A stretch of 28,675 nucleotides of DNA from a virus (Duplodnaviria > Caudoviricetes). Below the pieces are notes generated by a model. That model saw only the letters and a list, made by a program, of their open reading frames with translations, had not been told where the DNA came from and did not search any database. Shown in pieces: positions 8,936-17,451 of the stretch (within the stretch, counting starts at the first letter, position 1; each line of letters begins with the position of its first letter). Position numbers and translations under genes: made by a program. The stretch lies in IMG/VR virus record IMGVR_UViG_3300017956_000087, positions 1 through 28,675 of that record. One strand, written 5' to 3'.

Positions 8936-11698
8936 ATGCCACTTATAGGTAAAGTTTTAGTTCAAGAACAAGCACTTGAAGCAAATGCCGTTACAGCTGC
9001 TAAGATAGCAGCTAACGGTGTTAATGCGTCAGAAATAGCTGCCAATGCAGTAGGAGTATCTGAGCTAGCTACTAATTCAGTAGGGTCTGCTCAATTACAA
9101 GCATCAGCTGTAACCTCAGTAGGGGATAACGCAGTCACATCAGCCTCAATAGCCGCCAATGCAGTAGGAGCAAGTGAGATAGCAACTGGGGCGGTCGGCA
9201 CATCAGAATTAGCTACAGGAGCAGTTACAACAGCGAAGATTGGAGCAAACGCAATAACTTCAGCAGAAATAGCTGCAAACCAAATAGGAGCAAGTGAAAT
9301 TGCTGCAAACTCAATAACATCAAGTGAACTCGCAGCTAACTCAGTAGATTCAGCAGAATTAGTAACAGGTAGCATAGATACTATACACATAGGGTCTCAA
9401 CAAGTTACTACAGCAAAAATTGCTAATGGAGCAATTACAAATGCAAAAGTAGGAGCTGATGCAGTAGATGGTACAAAGATTGCAGATGACTCTATTGATT
9501 CAGAGCATTATGTAGATGGTAGTATAGATACTGCCCATATTGCAGACCTTGCTGTAACAAGTGGCAAGATAGCTGCAAATACTATCGCAACAGGAAATGT
9601 AGCAGATAATGCAATAGACGGAACAAAAATAGCTACAGACAGTATAGTTGCAAGACACATAGCAGCAAACTCAGTAGATTCAGCAGAGTTAGTGACAGGT
9701 AGTATAGATACTATCCATATAGCAGATGACGCAGTTACTGGTGCAAAAATAGCTTCAGAAACTATTACAGGACCAAACATTGCAAATAACGCAATAAATG
9801 CTAATAAGATTGGTACAGATGTTATCGATGCATCACACATAGCAGCTGGAGCAGTAGGTGCTTCAGAACTTGCCGCAAACTCAGTAGATTCAAGCGAATT
9901 AGTAACTGGCTCTATTGATGCAATACACCTTGCTGCAGATTCAGTTATTACAGCAAAAATATTAGATGCAAATGTAACAACTGCAAAAATAGCAGCAAAT
10001 GCTGTTACAGCAGCTAAGATAGCTGGTAATGCAGTTGGAAGTTCAGAAATATCTGCAAATGCTATAGGTGTTAGCGAACTTTCAAGCGGTGCATTGAGTG
10101 GACAAACATTTTCTGGAAATGTCACAATCGGTGGTAACTTAACGGTATCAGGTTCAACTTTTACAGCATCTGCTTCAACTATAGTTGCCGAAGATTCTCT
10201 CATCAAATTAGCTTCCGAAAATGCATCAGCAGATGCTATTGACATAGGAATATATGGTTTATATGACACTAGTGGTTCTCAGGATTTATTTAGTGGATTT
10301 TTTAGAGATGCAGACGATTCAGGAAAATGGAAGTTATTTAAAGATTTACAAACAGAGCCAACTACTACAGTAAACACATCAGGAACAGGATATGCTGTAG
10401 GAACTATAGTGGCAAACATTGAAGGAGATGTAACAGGTAATCTAACAGGTACTGCAAGTGCAATAGCAAATAATACTGTAAACGCAACTAAGATTATTGC
10501 AGGTAGTATAACAGCAGCTGAGATAGCAACAGATGCTATTACATCAGCAAAAATAGCTGGTAATGCAGTAAATAGTGCAGAAATATCAGCAAATGCAGTT
10601 GGTTCAAGTGAAATAGCAACTGATGCTGTTACATCATTACAACTTGCAGCAAACTCAGTAGATAGTGCAGAATTAGTAACAGGTTCTATAGATGCAATTC
10701 ATCTAGCAACAGATTCAGTTATAGAAGCAAAAATACAAGCAAATGCTGTTACAGCAGCTAAGATAGCAGGTAACGCTGTTGGGTCAAGTGAAATAGCAGC
10801 AAACGCTGTTGGGTCAAGTGAAATAGCAGCAAACTCAATAGATAGTGCAGAACTAATATCTGGCTCTGTTGATGCAATACATTTAGCAGCTTCTTCAGTA
10901 ACCTCAGCTAAGATAGGAGCAAATGCTATTAATAGCGTAAACTTTATATCTAGCGGATTGATTACAGCTGACTTATTGGCTTCAAATTCAGTAGATTCAG
11001 CAGAATTAGTAACAGGCTCTATTGATGCAATTCATATTGCAGCTGATGCTGTAACAAGTGCTAAAATAGCTGATAACGCTATTAATAGTGTAAACTTTAT
11101 ATCTAGTGGGTTGATTACAACCGACTTATTAGCAGGTAACTCTGTAACAGCAGCAAAAATAGCCGCTAACGCCGTAGGGTCAAGTGAGATTGCAAATAAC
11201 TCTGTAAGTGTTACTCAACTGAATAGTGGTGCCCTAAGCGGCAAAACAATGACAGGAAATATTACATTTGGAGGAGATTTAGGGTTTGGTGGAAGCACAG
11301 CTAATAAAATAAATGTAGCAGGTAGCATAGGTATTCAAGACATTAGTCCCCCACAAAAACTTCACATAGATGAAGTAGCTGGTATGGATGTTGGTACAGG
11401 AAGTTCAACAGCAACTACACAATTTACATTAGATAGTTTTGCAGCAGCTACATTTAGAACTGCTAAATACCAAGTACAGGTTACAAATTCAACAGACGGA
11501 GACTATCATGCAATAGAAATTTTCTTATTCCATGATGGAACAACCGCATATTTAACACAGTACGCTTCTATATATGACAACGGTGTTCAAGCAACATTTG
11601 ATGCCGATGTAAGTGGAGGGAACGTAAGATTATTAGCAACGCCTGCAAGTACAGATAGTATGGCGTTCAAGTTCATAAGAACAACAATAGAGGTATAA
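8936..11698 (+). CDS. Long tail fibre shaft protein with 10-aa repeats
   Basis: Dozens of decamer repeats (ANAVTAAKIA, ANAVGSSEIA, ANSVDSAELV/TGSIDAIHLA) in two tracts separated by a globular domain; C-terminal LDSFAAATFRTAKYQVQV...HDGTTAYLTQYA...GNVRLLATP domain typical of marine phage fibres. Confidence 0.8.
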   Translation: MPLIGKVLVQEQALEANAVTAAKIAANGVNASEIAANAVGVSELATNSVGSAQLQASAVTSVGDNAVTSASIAANAVGASEIATGAVGTSELATGAVTTAKIGANAITSAEIAANQIGASEIAANSITSSELAANSVDSAELVTGSIDTIHIGSQQVTTAKIANGAITNAKVGADAVDGTKIADDSIDSEHYVDGSIDTAHIADLAVTSGKIAANTIATGNVADNAIDGTKIATDSIVARHIAANSVDSAELVTGSIDTIHIADDAVTGAKIASETITGPNIANNAINANKIGTDVIDASHIAAGAVGASELAANSVDSSELVTGSIDAIHLAADSVITAKILDANVTTAKIAANAVTAAKIAGNAVGSSEISANAIGVSELSSGALSGQTFSGNVTIGGNLTVSGSTFTASASTIVAEDSLIKLASENASADAIDIGIYGLYDTSGSQDLFSGFFRDADDSGKWKLFKDLQTEPTTTVNTSGTGYAVGTIVANIEGDVTGNLTGTASAIANNTVNATKIIAGSITAAEIATDAITSAKIAGNAVNSAEISANAVGSSEIATDAVTSLQLAANSVDSAELVTGSIDAIHLATDSVIEAKIQANAVTAAKIAGNAVGSSEIAANAVGSSEIAANSIDSAELISGSVDAIHLAASSVTSAKIGANAINSVNFISSGLITADLLASNSVDSAELVTGSIDAIHIAADAVTSAKIADNAINSVNFISSGLITTDLLAGNSVTAAKIAANAVGSSEIANNSVSVTQLNSGALSGKTMTGNITFGGDLGFGGSTANKINVAGSIGIQDISPPQKLHIDEVAGMDVGTGSSTATTQFTLDSFAAATFRTAKYQVQVTNSTDGDYHAIEIFLFHDGTTAYLTQYASIYDNGVQATFDADVSGGNVRLLATPASTDSMAFKFIRTTIEV

Positions 11699-11699
11699 A

Positions 11700-11921
11700 A
11701 TGGGACAAAAATTAGATTTTAACATCGAGGACACAGGACTTAAGATTGATGGCTCAGACGCAATTGATGCAAGTAGAAATTTTGAGGGAGCAGTAGCTTC
11801 AGACCGTTTAGGCTCGGGTACTATTGCGAGTAGCAGACTTCCTTTTACTATTACACAATCAGCCCCAAGCAACACCACAGGTACTGAAGACGGACACATA
11901 TGGTTTGTATATTCGAGTTAG
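11700..11921 (+). CDS. Small fibre adaptor
   Basis: 73 aa ending in ITQSAPSNTTGTEDGHIWFVYSS, a 'P....G.dGdIW..Y' fibre-end motif; coupled to both neighbours. Confidence 0.6.
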   Translation: MGQKLDFNIEDTGLKIDGSDAIDASRNFEGAVASDRLGSGTIASSRLPFTITQSAPSNTTGTEDGHIWFVYSS

Positions 11922-11924
11922 TAG

Positions 11925-14900
11925 ATGGCAATTTATGTTAATGACAACGGCACACTTCGACAAATCTCTTTTCTTGCAGTTAACGACAACGGCACAATTA
12001 GAAGAGTTAATGAAGTTTATGTAAACGATGGGGGCTCTCTAGCAGGGCCATTTAGTACTATACATCAAACTTCTAGAAATACTGAAACAAGTAGAACTAC
12101 TATTTCAGGTGTGCAAATAACTGCCTTTAACACAACTACAACATTCGATACTGATTACTCTACTCTAACAACTTTTGATACAAGTAGAACTACAACATTT
12201 GACACTACTAGAACTACTGATACAAGTAGAACTACAACATTTGCAACAACTACTACATATAATACTAATGTAAGTACAACAACTGCATACAATACAACAA
12301 CAGCATTTACAACTACAACTACTTTTAATACAACACAGTCTACAACTACCGCATATAATACAACAACAGCGTTTACAACTACAACTACCTTTAACACAAC
12401 GCAGTCTACAACTACTGCATACAATACAACTACTGCGTACACAACAACAACAACTTATAATACAACGCAGTCTACAACTACTGCATACAATACAACAACA
12501 GCATTTGCAACAACTACTACATTTAATACTACTCAAGGTACGACTACTGCGTTTACAACTACAACGGCATTTAATACTACAACTACATTTAATACTACGC
12601 AGTCTACAACAACAGCTTATACAACTACAACAGCATTTAATACTACAACTACCTTTAACACAACACAGTCTACAACAACAGCTTATACAACTACTACGGC
12701 ATTTAATACTACAACTACCTTTAACACAACGCAGTCTACAACAACAGCTTATACAACTACAACAGCATTTAATACTACAACTACTTTCTTAACAACTAGA
12801 GCAACAACAACTGCATATAATACTACAACAACTTACTTAACAAGTAGAGCAACAACAACTGCATATAATACTACAACAACCTATACAACTTCATTTGACA
12901 CAGTTATTGAGACAAGTAGAGTAACTTCATTTACAAACAATACTACATTTGCAACAACAACAACATTTGCTACTACTACGGCTTATGTAGATAATACTGC
13001 TGTTGCAACTAACACATCTAGAAGTACCAATACAGCTCAGTCAACAGCTTATAATACAAGTACTACAACAGCGTATGTAGCCAATACAACAGTAGCGACT
13101 AATACAGCAAGAAGTACTAATACAGCTCAGTCAACAGCATATAATACAAGCACAACAACTGCCTATGTAGACAATACAACAGTATCGACTAATACAGCTA
13201 GAAATACCAATACAGCTCAGTCAACAGCTTATAATACAAGTACTACAACAGCGTATGTAGACAATACAACAGTATCGACTAATACAGCTAGAAATACTAA
13301 TACTGCTCAGTCAACAGCTTATAATACAAGTACCACAACTGCATATGTAGATAATACTTCATTTGGTACTACAAGAAATACAAATACAAGTAGAACAACA
13401 GCATATGTAGATAACACAAGTTTTGGAACAACTAGAAATACAAACACAAGTAGAACAACTGCCTATGTAGATAATACTTCATTTGGTACTACAAGAAATA
13501 CAAATACAAGTAGAACAACAGCATATGTGGATAATACCTCATTTGGTACTACAAGAAATACAAATACAAGTAGAACAACTGCATTTACAAATAATACAAG
13601 TAGAAGTACTGGATTTACAAACTCTACTGGATTTACTAATAACACAACTAGAAGTACTAATACAAGTGCCTCTACTTCATATGACACTTTTAGAGATACA
13701 ATCTATAGTACACTAGCACAGGTGCCTGGGTATAACTATTTCTTTGTTAGAGAGACAACAGTAAGTACTTCATTTGCTACAACTAGAACAACAGCATTTA
13801 CAAATAATACTTCGTTTGCGACAAATACAGCTAGAAATACTAATACTTCTAGAAATACATCGTTTGCGACAAATACTTCTGCTTCTACTTCATTTACAAA
13901 CTCTACTTCATATACAACTACACAAGCAACAAATACAAGTAGAAATACTGGGTTTACAAACTCTACTTCATATACAACTACACAAGCAACAAATACAAGT
14001 AGAAATACTGGGTTTACAAACTCTACTTCGTATAATACTACACAAGCAACAAATACAAGTAGAAATACTGGGTTTACAAACTCTACTTCATATACAACTA
14101 CACAAGCAACAAATACAGCTAGAAGCACTAACACAGGCACAAGCAGAACTACAACATTTACTACATCAACAGCTTATGTAGATAATACTGCTAGAAGTAC
14201 TAATACATCTAGAAGCACTAACACAGGTACAAGTAGAACTACAACATTTACTACATCAACAGCTTACGTAGATAATACAGCTAGAAGTACTAATACATCT
14301 AGAAGTACAAATACAGGTACAAGTAGAACTACCACATTTGCTACATCAACAGCTTATGTAGATAATACAGCTAGAAGCACTAATACTGCTCAATCTACAA
14401 ATACAGGAACAAGTAGAACAACAACATTTGCTACTACTACGGCTTATGTAGATAATACTGCTGTTGCAACTAATACAGCTAGAAGTACGAATACAGCTCA
14501 ATCTACAAATACAACACAATCTACAAATACAAGTAGAACAACTACATATGAAACAGCATATTTAACTTCTAGAACTTCAAGTAGAGCAACAGGAACAAGT
14601 AGAGATACAACTACAACCTTTAACACTGCAATATTAACAGGAACAAGTAGAGATACAACTACCACATTCAATACTTCTAGAGCTTCTTTAACATCTAGGG
14701 CAACAGGAACAAGTAGGGATACAACTACCACATTCAATACTTCTAGAGCTTCTTTAACATCTAGAGCAACAGGTACAAGCAGAGATACAACTACAACATT
14801 CAATACTTCTAGAGCTTCTTTAACATCTAGAGCGACAGGAACAAGTAGAGATACGACTACAACATTTGCAACTACACAAGGAACAATTACAAGTAGAACA

Positions 14901-15500
14901 ACTGGTTCTAGTAGAAATACAACTACAACCTTTAATACTACACAATCAACAATTACAAGTAGAACAACTGGTTCTAGCAGAAGTACAACTACAACCTTTA
15001 ACACTGCAATATTAACAGGAACAGATAGAACAACAGGTACAAGTAGAACTACAATTTCAACATTCAATACAAATAGAGCAACAGGAACAGATAGAGTAAC
15101 AGGAACAAGTAGAGATACAACTTCGACATTTAATACAACTAGAGCAACAGCGTCAAGTAGAGCAACAGGTACGAGTAGAGCAACAACAAGTGTATTTTTA
15201 ACTTCGAGGTCAACAGATACTTCAAGAACAACAACTTTTGCTACTACAACAACATTTGATACAAGTAGAACTACAACATTTGCAACAGACAGAACTACTA
15301 CTACCACAATTGCAACTACACGAACAACCGAAACAACGAGAACAACTGACCACTTAACAACAACAACGTTTGATACAAGTACAGTTGTATTTGAAAGAAT
15401 AACCGCCACTCAGCTTGGTACAATATTTGATACCGAAGTAGCTAGTGCAAGTGACTTTGGATTATCATTCTGGGATGGCTCATCATGGAGTGAAACATAA
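11925..15500 (+). CDS. Giant Thr-rich (mucin-like) repeat protein, putative distal fibre / filament with mirror-symmetric repeat architecture
   Basis: 1191 aa, by eye roughly 40-50% Thr plus abundant Ser/Asn. Short N-terminal head with three VND(N/G)G hairpin motifs, C-terminal SFWDGSSW, no signal peptide or TM segment; last large gene of the fibre operon. Confidence 0.8.
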   Translation: MAIYVNDNGTLRQISFLAVNDNGTIRRVNEVYVNDGGSLAGPFSTIHQTSRNTETSRTTISGVQITAFNTTTTFDTDYSTLTTFDTSRTTTFDTTRTTDTSRTTTFATTTTYNTNVSTTTAYNTTTAFTTTTTFNTTQSTTTAYNTTTAFTTTTTFNTTQSTTTAYNTTTAYTTTTTYNTTQSTTTAYNTTTAFATTTTFNTTQGTTTAFTTTTAFNTTTTFNTTQSTTTAYTTTTAFNTTTTFNTTQSTTTAYTTTTAFNTTTTFNTTQSTTTAYTTTTAFNTTTTFLTTRATTTAYNTTTTYLTSRATTTAYNTTTTYTTSFDTVIETSRVTSFTNNTTFATTTTFATTTAYVDNTAVATNTSRSTNTAQSTAYNTSTTTAYVANTTVATNTARSTNTAQSTAYNTSTTTAYVDNTTVSTNTARNTNTAQSTAYNTSTTTAYVDNTTVSTNTARNTNTAQSTAYNTSTTTAYVDNTSFGTTRNTNTSRTTAYVDNTSFGTTRNTNTSRTTAYVDNTSFGTTRNTNTSRTTAYVDNTSFGTTRNTNTSRTTAFTNNTSRSTGFTNSTGFTNNTTRSTNTSASTSYDTFRDTIYSTLAQVPGYNYFFVRETTVSTSFATTRTTAFTNNTSFATNTARNTNTSRNTSFATNTSASTSFTNSTSYTTTQATNTSRNTGFTNSTSYTTTQATNTSRNTGFTNSTSYNTTQATNTSRNTGFTNSTSYTTTQATNTARSTNTGTSRTTTFTTSTAYVDNTARSTNTSRSTNTGTSRTTTFTTSTAYVDNTARSTNTSRSTNTGTSRTTTFATSTAYVDNTARSTNTAQSTNTGTSRTTTFATTTAYVDNTAVATNTARSTNTAQSTNTTQSTNTSRTTTYETAYLTSRTSSRATGTSRDTTTTFNTAILTGTSRDTTTTFNTSRASLTSRATGTSRDTTTTFNTSRASLTSRATGTSRDTTTTFNTSRASLTSRATGTSRDTTTTFATTQGTITSRTTGSSRNTTTTFNTTQSTITSRTTGSSRSTTTTFNTAILTGTDRTTGTSRTTISTFNTNRATGTDRVTGTSRDTTSTFNTTRATASSRATGTSRATTSVFLTSRSTDTSRTTTFATTTTFDTSRTTTFATDRTTTTTIATTRTTETTRTTDHLTTTTFDTSTVVFERITATQLGTIFDTEVASASDFGLSFWDGSSWSET
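12258..13580 (+). repeat. N-arm tandem repeats: 8x66 bp (12258-12785), 2x48 bp (12786-12881), 4x90 bp (12981-13340), 4x60 bp (13341-13580)
   Basis: Units FNTTQSTTTAYTTTTAFNTTTT (22 aa), FLTTRATTTAYNTTTT (16), AYVDNTTVSTNTARNTNTAQSTAYNTSTTT (30) and AYVDNTSFGTTRNTNTSRTT (20), counted from the translation. Confidence 0.9.
13893..15194 (+). repeat. C-arm tandem repeats: 4x60 bp (from 13893), ~4x90 bp (~14110-14470), 48-bp unit(s), 8x66 bp (14667-15194)
   Basis: Units FTNSTSYTTTQATNTSRNTG (20 aa), AYVDNTARSTNTSRSTNTGTSRTTTFTTST (30), FNTAILTGTSRDTTTT (16) and FNTSRASLTSRATGTSRDTTTT (22). Confidence 0.9.
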
Positions 15501-15664
15501 TGAAACTACAAGAAAAAGACATTACACCAAAGTATGTAAATGATAAATTAGAAAGTATGATGCATGCAGTATTCGACAGTTTAATGCAGGCAGAAGAAAG
15601 ACTAAAAAGTATGGAACAACAACTATTTGAGTTAAAGCAAAATGGCAGCACCAAAACCAAGTAA
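15500..15664 (+). CDS. Small coiled-coil protein (54 aa; missing from the ORF track)
   Basis: ATG overlaps the TAA of the Thr-rich gene (TAATG). MKLQEKDITPKYVNDKLESMMHAVFDSLMQAEERLKSMEQQLFELKQNGSTKTK* fills the gap to the next gene and has a heptad pattern. Confidence 0.75.
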   Translation: MKLQEKDITPKYVNDKLESMMHAVFDSLMQAEERLKSMEQQLFELKQNGSTKTK

Positions 15665-16532
15665 GTTAGTTCCTTTATCAAAAGATGAAGAGCTAGGAAA
15701 TATTCCTACTCATTTTATGAAATCTGGCTCGTCTTTAAGACCAAAAAAAGACTTGACTGATTTACAGAAATTTAAACGCAGATTACTTCCTTCTCAAATA
15801 GAAGGTTTAGATGTAGAGTATGATGTTTGGTTTAATACCAATGAATTACATACTGTACGAAAATGGTTATATACAGATTTTTTAGGCAAAGGTATATACA
15901 TGCGGGTAAATTCTATAAAAATAAATAATAAGTTATTTAGAAGTATTGCGTCCTCGGACATAAAAATAGATGAAGAACGCATAGAAAACATAAAAAATAA
16001 TTTACAAAATAAATATGCGTTAGGCATAAATCAAGAGTATTATGACAATGTAATTTTTACTCCAGGAAGTAACCTGTTATGTAAAGACAAAGTTGTTCAT
16101 TTTGGAAGAATGAAAGCTCTTGTGAATAAAGGTTATATAATAAAACCACATCCTATAACTGCACCAATATATATGGCAATTCTTAGAAAGCATTTTGGAA
16201 AAGAAAATGTTTTACATAAGAAAGCAGGAGGACTAGAATTATTACTTAACTGTAAAAATGTAGGCACAATGCAAAATAGTGAAATGGGACTAATTGCTTT
16301 ACTACTAGGTAAAGGTTTAAGTTTAATTTCATATACTATGGAAGAAAGAGAAAAGAATTTATTAACTTACGAATCTTTTTACTATGCTTGTGCTGGTATT
16401 GGACAAAAGGCAATGTATAAATTACTGTCTGCTAAGAACTCAGGTATAATATTTGATTTTGATAAAGACGCAGACGAAAGATTAGAAAATTATGTAAATA
16501 ATTTTTGGGAGTATAAAAAAGCAGATGATTGA
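15642..16532 (+). CDS. KpsC/KpsS (Capsule_synth)-like GT-B glycosyltransferase, probably CMP-sugar dependent
   Basis: IIKPHP motif, followed by LELLLNCKNVGTMQNSEMGLIALLLGK, matching the 'll..a..V.t.nS.vG.eAll.gK' motif of KpsC/KpsS-type beta-Kdo transferases. Confidence 0.6.
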   Translation: MAAPKPSKLVPLSKDEELGNIPTHFMKSGSSLRPKKDLTDLQKFKRRLLPSQIEGLDVEYDVWFNTNELHTVRKWLYTDFLGKGIYMRVNSIKINNKLFRSIASSDIKIDEERIENIKNNLQNKYALGINQEYYDNVIFTPGSNLLCKDKVVHFGRMKALVNKGYIIKPHPITAPIYMAILRKHFGKENVLHKKAGGLELLLNCKNVGTMQNSEMGLIALLLGKGLSLISYTMEEREKNLLTYESFYYACAGIGQKAMYKLLSAKNSGIIFDFDKDADERLENYVNNFWEYKKADD

Positions 16533-17451
16533 ATTAGTAATAGAATATAAAAAGACATGGAGTATGTTTACTCTTGCGTCTTTATTAGATAAAAACGAAG
16601 AATTTCGTTTGCATCTTTATGTTCGCGAAGCAGATTGGAAAGACGCTCCTATTGACTGGATTATTGATAACTTCCCAAATGTAAAAATTTATCAAGCATT
16701 TTGGACTACCAACTTTATTCCACGAGCTATATGCCATCTTCGTGAATTTTGGAAAAACAAAGGATTAAATAAAAGAATAGTAGTAGCTTCAGGAAACAGA
16801 GTATTTACTAGAAATAATTGGAAGAATGAAATACCAAATCCTGACTTCTTTCAAAATAAACTTTCTCATCTAAGTCATAAAAGAGTGTTTAGGAATCATC
16901 CTAAATTTGCTAGATTTTACAGATTACTTAATATACCTTATGATGCAGAAAACTGGAAACATGTAGACCCAGAGTTTTTTATTTTAAATTATGACCAATT
17001 AAAAAATGTAACATACAGAGATTTATTTTTTGGAGATAACAGATTTCCAAATGATATTGACCAACGAGTTTTACGAACAGGTGAAACATATTTCTTCCAC
17101 CAACTTCTACAAAAAGAACACGCTTGGGTACCTCTTTATATGAATGGTAAAAATGATGTACTTATACAGGAAGACGCGATAGAAGCTAAAGACTTAATGG
17201 ATTATAATGTAATGTTAAGAAAGTCTTGGAGTATAAATGTACAACATAAATGGTTGCACTTAGAATATTGGAAAACTCCTGTAGGTATTCAATTAGCAAT
17301 ACCTTGGGATTTATATACAAGACAAATTGAAAATATTCCTTTAGAGTATAGAAATGCAAGAGCAAACGAAATACTATTAACGAAAGCAGAAAAGCAAAAA
17401 CAACAATTTGGTAAACTATTAGAAACTGGATTTATATTAGGAAAGATCTAG
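16525..17451 (+). CDS. Divergent GT8-like (GT-A fold) protein lacking DxD
   Basis: FTLASLLDKNEEFRLHLY (GT8 N-terminal pattern), RIVVASGNRVF at the rvlYLDxD position, VDPEFFILNYDQLK (cf. fNsGvllin...w) and WVPLYMN (cf. lp..yN). Confidence 0.45.
   Translation: MIELVIEYKKTWSMFTLASLLDKNEEFRLHLYVREADWKDAPIDWIIDNFPNVKIYQAFWTTNFIPRAICHLREFWKNKGLNKRIVVASGNRVFTRNNWKNEIPNPDFFQNKLSHLSHKRVFRNHPKFARFYRLLNIPYDAENWKHVDPEFFILNYDQLKNVTYRDLFFGDNRFPNDIDQRVLRTGETYFFHQLLQKEHAWVPLYMNGKNDVLIQEDAIEAKDLMDYNVMLRKSWSINVQHKWLHLEYWKTPVGIQLAIPWDLYTRQIENIPLEYRNARANEILLTKAEKQKQQFGKLLETGFILGKI

Noticed and set aside
3635-10269. Overlapping ORFs within fibre genes (e.g. 3635-3967, 3727-3945, 7156-7641, 9508-10269)
   Set aside because: Low-complexity shadows of the Ala/Asn/Ser repeats in the real genes.
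11919-11927. The 73-aa adaptor and the Thr-rich gene are in frame, separated only by TAG TAG ATG: possible amber read-through or recoding
   Set aside because: It would need double read-through. TAG ends other genes normally (8597, 17451, 28372) and no long gene is interrupted by TAG, so there is no sign of code reassignment.
13341-14132. Regular 60-bp repeats resembling a CRISPR array
   Set aside because: They are contiguous in-frame coding repeats with no unique spacers and no cas genes.
12100-15400. Very high density of N-X-T/S sequons, and TxT ice-binding-like motifs
   Set aside because: Both are expected by chance from the Thr/Asn composition. No N-glycosyltransferase was recognised, and the mirrored 20/22/30 periods do not match a regular ice-binding solenoid, though neither idea is formally excluded.
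12155-15409. Long antisense and alternative-frame ORFs (Val-rich, Cys-rich, Gln/Leu-rich) over the Thr-rich gene
   Set aside because: Shadow ORFs produced by ACN-rich repetitive codons; no RBS or independent coding signal.
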